A stretch of DNA of 63,955 nt, the filler included, from Bigelowiella natans CCMP2755 (lineage: Eukaryota > Protista > Cercozoa), in the NCBI GenBank assembly GCA_000320545.1. It is 10 parts of 10 records of this genome, joined end to end, with 100 filler letters (N's around TTAATTAATTAA, not from the genome) between each part and the next. Parts side by side here need not be neighbours in the genome. Positions count along the whole stretch, not along the records: positions 14,083 to 26,202 come from ADNK01000242.1; 9 more parts are not named here. The stretch is one strand, 5' to 3'. Both the position numbers and the translations under genes were made by a program. Position 1 is the stretch's first letter, and each line of letters opens with the position of its first letter. Shown here piece after piece: positions 14,420-24,259 of this stretch. The notes under the pieces are model-generated. The model was not told where the DNA came from and ran no database searches. It saw only the letters and a list, made by a program, of their open reading frames with translations.

Positions 14420-15089
14420 TCGCAAGAAGCGAATGTGGTCTCAAATACAACGAAGATTTCAATCCTCAGTGAGCCATGTGTCTGTCTTGTATGCGTGCGC
14501 GTGTGTATGTTGTGTGTGCGTGTGCGTATTTGATGTGTTATAATGGTGCGCAGAGGAGCTGCCGCTGGCGTGAGATACCTTATGCTCTACGGAAGAGAGG
14601 ACCCATGGGTCTGTTGCTGTGTGTAAGAAAGAATATGGGAGAAGGGGGGGTGGAGTGGAGAAGGAGGAGGGAGACAATTACATATCTTTGCTTAGATAAA
14701 CTTATACTAACGCCGTATTTCTTCTTGGATCACTCAGTTGTTTCTTGTTGTTGATGAGTATGTACTGCCGTGCAGGTGGTTCCAATGTGGGGCCAAAGAG
14801 CTTATCTAAACTTGCGCCTTGAGGCTGCAAAGCTCGGCAAACCAGTCGACGAAGTAGTGAGGTCATAATAGAGTAGAACAAATGGAACTTTGTGGAATCA
14901 GATTATACTTATAGCGAAAATGATAAATGTCCTGAGTGGGCAAGGAAGCATATATCATTCAGAGTCGGAATATTGTCCCTCCTACTCCTTCTTCTTCTTT
15001 CCCCCTTCCTGTTTTCTCCTCTATTCACTGAAGATATTTGGAGATATCTCCTGCTGGTCATTGCCCTCATGACGAAGCACCGGAAACTG

Positions 15090-15129
<40 letters not shown>

Positions 15130-15658
15130 TACAGCAGTGCCTATTCATATATAAGAGCAGTCGCCATGCATGTTGTCGTCATTGGCATGCTCACTTTTCT
15201 AAATTCATCCTTTTCTTCCCCTTTCACACACAAAGTGTCGCAGATTACAGATGATTGGCTCGTAGCGTTAGAGAACAATGACGGGGGCCATCCCTTAGAG
15301 GGAAAGATCTCTATTCCGTGTGACATAGAAGAAGCCGACGGTCGCAAGATCCACGTGGATTTCCAAGGTTTGTCATTAGCTGCAAAAGACGACTTGCATG
15401 GTCCTGATCTATTCACCCATAGAACTAATCGAAAGGATCGTAAGAATTTTTCATTACTGGGTATGTCAATGCTTCTTATGTACGACTTGAAGTTATTATG
15501 TAGCTCGATAAGAGATACAGATCATTGAAGATGTTTAGTTTGTGTAATCAATCCAAGTAACATTATACATTGCCTGGTGATCAGGTGAGAGACCTCCTCG
15601 TAATGCTGGAGAGTGGATTGGGACAATATCTTTGCGATCTAAACTATCGAATCGATGA
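14420..15658 (+). CDS. 3' exons of a pheophytinase-like alpha/beta hydrolase; 5' part missing
   Basis: Spliced exons give RYLMLYGREDPW-VVPMWGQR and YLEISPAGHCPHDEAPE (catalytic His motif), close to the plant pheophytinase pattern as I recall it (LMYGxEDPWV..., EISPAGHCPHDE). Probable last exon GERPPRNAGEW...NR* ends at 15658. Confidence 0.75.
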
Positions 15659-15749
15659 TGAAACGAAGCGGGCTGTGGTTGGTTTATGATGTGCAGTTGT
15701 AGGTATGTGCAAAGTTTCCAGACAACACTATAATCATTAACAAACATTC

Positions 15750-16790
15750 TCATGAATTACTAGCATGAATAATCTTTTGGTCAAGTTTGTTACAAGCGCA
15801 TGCATAGCTGACTTCTGCAATTTTGTTTGTATCCTGAACTACATGCACTAGCTCGACTAAGCATGCTTGCAGCTGTGCATGGGCTTCTGCTTGCTCGAAA
15901 ATCATCACACACCGACGTGGCATGCAGATCTCATAAGAGATCCATTTGCGAGCGAAATCTGCCTCTAGTACATCATGGGTGCACTGCCATCCTTTTTTTG
16001 GCCATCTTTCGATGTTGTCATTGGCAACAACCATCGCTAGATCGTCTGTCGCGAGAGGATTCGTTTGCGTGCATGATGTAGCCAGGCTGGTGTGTGCACA
16101 CACTGCCAGACTGAGCAAATCAAATGAACAATTTTGGAGAAATCAGCAATGCATGCACTGTGCACGGCATGCCACATGCACCGCAGCACCGTAGCGAACT
16201 TCATGCACGCTCACTGCTTGTAGTGTGTGTTGTGAATGAACAATGAACAATGAACAAAGCGTTGATCAAAAACTGCATGCGCCAGAACCACATGGGAGAC
16301 AGGCATTTGCACGCAGCAGAGCCTCGCAACAACACTCGTTGCAAGGACTTGTCAGCACCCTGTTGGTGAAGAGACACAAAAAATCAGCTGCAACCCATCA
16401 GAGGCACACTCCAAGGCTGCGTGAAGGGATGAGAACACCATGGCCACTCATCTGAAATGCCGGAGACGGAACAAGGGATGAAATTGGCATGGATGCCGAT
16501 TGATGGTGCCGTTGCAATGTGAATTGATTGGAACTAAAGCTGGCATCTTGGATGCCGAACAGCAGCAAAATTGTCAAGCAGGACAATGGTTCGACGGAAA
16601 GCCCTGTCGATTTCTTTGTCAGTCGAAGGGACACCATCAATCCAGGCGTGAGGCAGGGTTGGCTTTTCCAAACAAAAATGACTATTTTTCATGTCGCACT
16701 AATGAACTTGCTGATTTCTCCATTCGACGTAGTATTAGCACAAATTCAAGTCTTCATTTGCAAATGCCATGCTTTTTGCGTGGTAGGGTA
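15750..16790 (-). pseudogene. TpA-erased relic coding region of unknown (transposon or viral) origin
   Basis: One TA between 16223 and 16683 while CpG is retained. The minus-strand ORF 15750..16118 reads as plausible protein if C/H are reverted to Y. Confidence 0.55.
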
Positions 16791-17049
16791 GGGTAGCCCA
16801 AAATTTAACCCGGATTTCGGAAAACCTGTGAGTCACTCACAAACATCGAAACATGCCGATACTGACCAGCTTCGATATTCATGGACGAAATTTCTCTGAA
16901 ACGTAAATGTCTACTTATAGGAAAATTGTGTTTCATGGCCAAATAATGTTAATCTTAGTGGTTCCCACCCTATTAATTAGATAAAAGCTGGTGATTTTCG
17001 ATGAATCTTTGTAGAAAGAATGGAATTCTTGTCGCTACATCCAAGAGTC

Positions 17050-18358
17050 ATGACGACACCGTTTAAAACGTAAAAGAAAAAAGCGCTCTCTCAGAGAAGG
17101 AACATGGCCGATTCTTCTCTTCAAATTTATGCCGAAACTAATATTTCTTAAAATGGCCTGCACTTCATCTAATCTTTTTTGAAGCCACTCGAAGCCGCAA
17201 GGTTTCACGCAAACTAGATCTATTGGCCAGAACCCATACGAACAAGCTATCATCTTTAAAGACTTCAAAGAACGCATAAACAGACTCCAAATGATTTTCA
17301 ACTCGCGAACCCCCCCGCCGTTGATGAGTTATGATTCGGGGTCCTTGAATAAGGCCCATGTCGACTCCCCTCGAGATAATGATCTATCGTCATCAAAGAA
17401 GTTTTTGCACGGGCCACCACCACTGGTGAACTGTGAATCTTCAGAAAAACCTACAGGCTTAAATATCTTGCTCCCTGAGGATTGTGAGGCAAAGACACCC
17501 TCTCTGCCTTTCTTATTACCGTCGTCTCCAGTTCCTACGTCACGCGAATCTAGACTATTCGAACCGAATTCAGATGATTTCAAGGGCTATGAAATGGAAT
17601 TAGATAGTTTAAGCACTCCTAAAAAGCAAGTGGGCTACCCTCTACGTTTTAATAAGCATTCGAGCCGTCCTGAAGAGTCAAATTTCCCTTTTAGAGAAGA
17701 AAAGGAACCGAGAGGACCAATTTCTACAAATATTACCGGTAGAATGTTCGACCCGCCTCCAATTAAACATGAAAAACCACAGTCTTCGCTCAGTAATTTA
17801 TTCACACTATCGGATCACTCGCCTCCAGATAAACAGGAAGTAAATTTCTTCAGACTGTCGGATAACCCGCTTCCAGTTGAACAGAAAGATCCTTACTTAA
17901 CACTGTCGGATCACCCGTCTCCAATTAGACAGGAAAACTCTATACCGTCTTTCGGCCAGTGGGAAAACAGTACTTTTGTATTACCACAAATTGGAAGAAG
18001 AAGAATATCCAGAATGGATGTGGAGTGTAATATGGAGAAGCGAAGGTCTTATTCTGCCTGCACACGATGCAAGGCTTCTAAGCGAAAATGCGACCTACGT
18101 TACGCGAACGGTGGTAAATGCTCTCAATGCAAGAAGGCCAGAAAAGATGTGGAATGCATTGCTCAAACGAAACCTTTGACAATTAAGCAGAGGACTATTC
18201 TTTCCGGATCCATCTGTGCTGATACGAATGTGAAGAAGCTCGCCGACAAAGATAATAAGCACCGAGGGCAGCAATGTTTAAGAAACCCTGCGTGCAGTAG
18301 ACCTTTAAAACATCCAGGACATTGCAAGATCCCAAAAATTAAGCAGTACATCTACTGA
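17050..18358 (+). CDS. Zn(II)2Cys6 binuclear-cluster transcription factor, join(17050..17069,17185..18358)
   Basis: CTRCKASKRKCDLRYANGGKCSQCKKARKDVEC fits C-x2-C-x6-C-x9-C-x2-C-x8-C. A C-terminal CLRNPACSRPLKHPGHC motif follows. A short upstream exon joins in frame through a GT..CTAAT..AG intron. Confidence 0.88.
17801..17944 (+). repeat. Three coding 48-bp (16-aa) tandem repeats inside the Zn2Cys6 gene
   Basis: Units start at 17801, 17849 and 17897: FTLSDHSPPDKQE / FRLSDNPLPVEQK / LTLSDHPSPIRQE. Confidence 0.85.
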
Positions 18359-18509
18359 GCGGGGCAGTATTTTTTGAAAGCGCCCAACGAACAACGAATT
18401 ATGGTTAAAAGACCGCAAGTAAAATTAATGATAGCAACCAAAAATAAACAACCTACTCTGTACTAGTGTAGAGAGTAGTAAAATAGTGTTGTAATAGACA
18501 GCAGTAGCA

Positions 18510-19610
18510 TAATTAGCTGCAGTTGAACTTAACTAGATAAAGATGTGAGAAACGAATGAGGTTTTTGCTTTGCAATGCAACATGTTGCGAAAAGCTCAAT
18601 AACACAGTGAACTGAACATGATTATGAACAATTACACACAGACGCACGAAATCTAGAAATGTTTCCTTCAGAGTGCATGTATAGGGACATATATTATGTC
18701 CATATACGTGTACGCGTAAGGAACACATGTACCCATGCACACCACATGTACCTAAAAAGCACACATGCTCTGTTCACATCAACACATGCACCAAACAAGC
18801 CACCATGTACATGTGAGCGCTGTCATTTGGCACATGTGTAGCTGTAGGTACATGTGAAGTACGTGATGTACACATGTCGTAGACGGCTTACACGTGTAGG
18901 GACATGTGTGTCCACATGCATGTGTGGCACGTGGTGTTGCCACGAAGGGTGCAATTAGTGCTTGGCGCAATTCAAATTGCTAGTTGGCCTCGCAAGTTCA
19001 AGGAACGTCATGACAGACATGCAATGTCATGTGTGCATTGCATGTGCCATTGCTGTGTCTGTGACAAGTGATGCAATGTGATGTCATGCACATGTGTGCA
19101 CATGTGTGCACACATGTGGACACACATGTGCATGCATGCACACATCATGTGTGCCATCACTGTCTGCAATCGTTCACTAGTTCATGCAGTGAGAACGTTC
19201 CGGGCGCAACATCATGTCAGCGCATTCTTGGTTGTTCATGCGCATGTGTTCAACAGTCACAGTTCAACACAGAATTCACTTGGACAATCAACAAGTTGCC
19301 ATGCTGCACTAGCAATTGCGCGCATTCAACAACAGATGTCCTGCCACGCTAGCACGGACTAGTGGACTCCACATGGCAATGGACACAGTGACATGGCATG
19401 GTAGCATGCATTTTGGCATTTTGTGTGTTGTGCACACATCAAGCCCTCGCTAGCTAGCTAGCTCGCTCGCTCAGGAGAGCTAGAGAGGCGGATGTGGAGC
19501 TGAGCACGTGAATCGCATTGTGTGTGGGCATGCTAGCATGCATGCGATGCGACTTCCACGTTGCATCATCAACTGATCGATTCCAAATGCGGTTCAGTGG
19601 GCGCATAACT
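18510..19610. mobile_element. Hypermutated non-coding tract (CA/TG-saturated), probable dead repeat
   Basis: No TA and no CG from 19008 to 19171. In-register CA/TG run at 19085-19144. Confidence 0.55.
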
Positions 19611-19742
19611 AGTCAACGAAAATCACTTTTGCGGTGCATATGCTAAGGTATTCATTCATTCATTGACTTATTTATTTGACATCATCTTGTAAAAATACTG
19701 GGATGACATCCTCAGCTATGTAATTCGTGAGACATTATTTGA

Positions 19743-22700
19743 TTATTTGCTGAATCCTCTGACTTTGCTTATTGCGAGATCTTTACCTGTTCGAGAAGCA
19801 AGAGGCGTTGCGGATGGGGAGGCACTATACACAGATTCTATTGCAAACTGACGGATAGTCTCAATTCCATAATATCTGATAAACCATAAAACATATAAGT
19901 ACTTAGAAAAACGATCCAGTCATAAGAATAGACAGGTATACTCTAATTTCATGATCAAACGTTTCCATAGGTAGCGGCCCTTCGAAAGATATAATGGATT
20001 AAGTGGTGCTGTTGGTGCTAGAGCTTGTAAACCAAGAAACCACACATCCATCTAATCACATTAACAAAAGTCTTATTAATAGTTGAAGGTACTTCGTTCA
20101 GATGTTCAATCAGTATCTGAGCTCTGTGTAATTACAAATAAAACATATTAGGATCAGCAGAAAATTACTTGTTGCTCATCCATGCACTGGAGGTTTAGGA
20201 TACGATCAGGAAATTTCAGGGTGAAGAAAAGCCACGGTTTAATGCTGATATTCAGATACATAATAATGGGATCAATAAATTCATTGTTCATCAACAAAAA
20301 TTTCTTCTCTACTCTTTATCGCGTAGCCCGGAAACCCAAGGGCCAAGATATCTAGGTTGGATTTGTAACTAAGAATATTTCACTAAAATTTAGATTATAC
20401 TTACTGCTCGACAATGTCTGCACAGTAGTACTTTCTCCTATGGTTAGAGAATAATCCTGAAAAACCTGAGAATGATGGACGAATTCATAGCAGAATCATC
20501 CTAGAAAAAAACGATATTACCCCTTCGTCTTAATGCTTTATCGTGTTCCTTATCTTCGGTTAATTCAGCTTCTTGCGGAAGATTCTCCTGATAAGATTTT
20601 AATAAAGGTAACACACAAAATTTCGCTTCCATGGTTGCCAGTGACTACACCTCATCGACAACAGTCGTTGCTTTCTCAACCACACTTTGGGCAGGTGTGT
20701 GGGTACGTGATATCGAATAGGATCTCGAGTATGATGATATTCCAGAATTTTTCAGCGTTGAGACAGAATCTGAGTACTGTAGAAAAAGCGATTGAGGTAC
20801 ATTATCCCAAATAAGAGTGTTATTCGGAAAACAAAATGTACTTACTCTATCCTTGGCATGTTTCCTAATCATCGCCCTTGGTTTTTTCCTGGCATAGAAT
20901 CTAGAGTGCGATGACATAAAACCGCAGAATAAAATTGTTGTCATTGTCATGCAACAAAATTCATTACAAAATTCATACAATTCTGTTCCATCCGAAGAGA
21001 CACAGAACCATCTCTCATCCTTACGGCCTTGAGAGTCATACTTTTTTAAAACAGCTCCCCTATGTATAGATTGATCTTTTAAACATTCGATTTGCAAAGG
21101 AGTTCTTTACCGCTTCAGCTGTTCAAGCAACCGAAGTTTGCGGATTCTTTGCTCCTCATATAACCTCAGATTGTTTTAAAACAATTAAATGACACAATCG
21201 CCATCAAATATATGTTCTCCAGAGAGTATACTTGAGATTTACCGAAAGAAATACTGATCGAATGACTCTCTCCTAGAACATCTTAAGGCTGATTTGAACT
21301 TTTTGCGCTTCTCAGTTTTGCTATCCTAGGATATGCATTTGTTAAAAACGTCATGCGTTGAATTTTTTCTTACTTTATTCACAGGTGGGGTAGCCGGAGT
21401 TGGCCCGATAAATAGAGACTTTCCTGGAACTCTATCTGAAAATTTTACGTTCCGCCTTGATCTTTTCGACCTTCAGGAAAGAAGAATTCAGTTCGTAGCA
21501 AATTTTTCTTATTCGTCATTACTCGGATTTATTTCTCATGCTCTTGAAATCAGGTGAATTGCCTCCGTAGAGGCTGTACTTCTTCCTATCACTTGCAGTA
21601 GCTTCCAACTTTAGCTGATCTGGACTTCGTCGTCGATTAAACTAATAAATATGTATATACTCCTGGTTCGCCTTGCCAAAATTTGCATTTTCTGGAAATT
21701 TGTACATGTGTAATTTTCCCCAAAATAGCCACAGCTTTGCCCCGGCATCCCGAAGCAAATAAAGCCCGATTTCCATCTTTATCAATGCTGGAAAGTTGTT
21801 TCTTGAGTAACAATTTGCCAGTATAAACACATCGACTTACTGAAAGGTCCAACTGCTGCTTGGCTGTTCATACATCTTTTCTATTTCGTACATCGCTTTT
21901 TGTACGCCTCCTAATCGCTGATATGAAATATGCTTTGTAAAATTACAGATTTTGAACGAAACGTAAGCTGAATTCAACGAACCATAATTTCAATAGCGTC
22001 TTCGTACTCCCAATACACACGTGTTGAAGTTTCCTGTTTTTTCCTTTCTTCATTTGATGTTGTCCTTCGGTGAAAAGCTCCCACCATCTCTTGATCCTAT
22101 CAAAATTTATACATCAATGTTCCGAATGTCTTTGCAGCAAAATTCCCTCTCGGACCCTCATTCTTTGGTCACGTTGTTCGAGTGCTCGAAAAAAACGATC
22201 AAGCCTGAACTCGCTCAATTCTAAAATTAAAAGAACGTGATCAAATTGCAAACAAATTCTCATATATACCATCGATGCGTTTCGTGTCATCATTCCCATT
22301 CTGGCGCGGGGTCCGTGGCTTAGTTTAGAACCGTATCATTATACTTAGAGATGAAGGACATGTCCACGTCCAATAACGAGAACAGTGAGTGTAGAACTTA
22401 CGGAACTCTGACGAGAATCTCCACCATCATCCACACTACTTGAATACTATACAGAAAGCTAAGGTTAAAATTCTTCCAAAATTAGCAAAATTGGGACCAA
22501 CTTTTCCGTGCAATCGTCTTTGCTCATCAACATCTCCATCAAGAAGCTGGAACGTCATAGTTACAGGCAATTCGCATTCATTCAAGAATTCAGCCAACTG
22601 TTTTAAAAAGGGCAGTATTAAATAATAGCTTTGTGATACACTACGAAAGCAAAAAGTTACAGCTGCGAATTTAGTTGGAGGATCCTTTCCGTTAATTTTT

Positions 22701-23390
22701 ATGAGAAAGGTTGACCTATAATTATCAAAATTATTTAGATTATAAAGAGTCTCCACTTGGAGGGGGTGAAACCTTGGAATAAGTTTCCCCATTAAGTCGA
22801 TGTTTGAAACACCGATGATCTGCCATGCCTTGTGGAATCCTATTTTGTTATACATACAGTTATTTCCGATAAGTTGTATATTGTTCGCGAACATTTATGT
22901 TCTTTCTTTTATTCAGACAAATATTTTCTATAGCACTGAGCAACTCAAAATATGTGTTTTGTAGCATCTCTCACATTATCGCGTGTAAATGCGCAAAAAA
23001 ACATTTTCATTACCCTGATCTGCACCAGGTTCCTGAATACGGAGCCCAAATGGCTTGCTCCGGAAAATATACTTAACTAAAACGCAATTTGTCTGACAGA
23101 AACAAGGTTGAAATTGTGCAGTCTGAAAGTCTAATTTCTTACAGAGGAGCAAACCTACCGCAAAAGAATCGTGCGAAGCTCTCTCCATTGGAGTATCCGA
23201 CATGGTCGACGTCGGTTAATTACTCTTCAAGGATCAAGGATACTTATTTGTCATATGTTTTGTGTGCAAGTAGATCAGTTGACTATCACGAGACAGCCAC
23301 CATTCTGCGCAAGGATGATTTTTAAGTCATAGGCCAAGATCTGGAGAAATTGTGTACCAAACCTGAACCGATTTCTTCCACATCAAGCAT
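19743..23390 (-). CDS. Multi-exon PH-domain protein (PLC-type PH near the C-terminus, possible PDZ-like N-terminal part) with short AT-rich introns
   Basis: Exons HRGAVLKKYDSQGRKDERWFCVSSDGTELY, KPWLFFTLKFPDRILNLQCMDEQQ, MDVWFLGLQALAP...YLSKGRYLWKRLIMK and YGIETIRQ...FSK* (stop at 19743). N-terminal FRSKPFGLRI and ECELPVTMTF resemble PDZ-like strands. The start codon is tentative. Confidence 0.65.
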
Positions 23391-23963
23391 GTCGCAACAA
23401 GCGGATCGGTGGGTACACCCTTAGTATCAACAAATGTCCTGTGTGTGGAAAATTAAACACTGCTAATCTGGTTTGCTGAACGTCAGCTTTGAAGTCGTAT
23501 TGATCTTTTCCGGGGGGTTCTAGGATTATGAGCTAACTTGTTAGAAGCTCTTCTGCTGAGAGCTCATTTTTGGCGCGCTTGGATGTGGCCAGAAAAACCG
23601 ACACAAGGAGCACTAAGTGCCCCAGTCTATTTTCACTGAACAATCACTTCACTGGGGCATGTTTTCTTTCCAAACTTGTTCAAATTGACAACAATCCGAT
23701 GCGTGCACTCGGCACTCGTGTGGGAGGCAAGTGTGCAAAGCTGGCCGGTCGTCTCACGTGAGGCTTTGTTCCTGCCAAATCGTTCGTCCAACTGTCGTGG
23801 CCAGCGGGTGTGAAACGAGTTTCGTTTTTGTCGTTGATGGTGCGTGTCGTTTGAGGAAGTGGACACAGACGAGTTGGCACTTTGTTGCGCGTAAGGTGTT
23901 CACAGGCCGAGGCGCTACGTGCACAAGTAGGCAGGGGGGGGGAAAGGCACGTTTGCTTCCTTT

Positions 23964-24208
23964 TGAAGAGTTGTGTTTATTTTTATTAAAGATTATATTT
24001 TTATTAAATCGTGCACTGCGTAATCATTCGCGAAGCTTTCGCGAATGCCGCCGCACGTGGGGCAGCACACTTCCGGTGTGCTGCCATGAGTCCCGCCGGA
24101 ACCCACGTGCCTATGCTGTATTAATATCTACGTTATCTATATTCTATATCCGCGACAACCCCTTTGTTGTCGCACGTGACTTGTGCCCGCGTAGTGGTAC
24201 GCGCTACA
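23964..24208 (-). repeat. 3' LTR (about 245 bp, TGTAG...CTTCA) with AATAAA signals
   Basis: Starts TG immediately after the PPT and ends CA after AATAAAAATAAA. The second LTR copy is not in the window, so the distal boundary is inferred. Confidence 0.72.
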
Positions 24209-24259
24209 CCTCCCCCAAGTCACGTTGCTCCTTCCTTCCTTCCTTATTCCCTTAGACCT

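Noticed and set aside
16223-16683. Ordinary CpG-methylation decay as the sole cause of the CA/TG-rich tracts
   Set aside because: Here CG persists while TA is almost absent. CpG decay may still contribute at 19008-19171.
16782-16797. Telomere-like GGTAGGGTAGGGTAG
   Set aside because: Under three units, internal, and not a canonical repeat.
18510-19610. Cys/His-rich ORFs as metallothionein-like proteins
   Set aside because: C/H/M/V richness in all frames follows from CA/TG saturation and the loss of TAA/TAG stops.
19586-19613. Helitron-like 3' end (ATGCG...CGCAT then CTAG|T)
   Set aside because: The stem is only 5 bp, and no 5' TC end or second copy can be verified.
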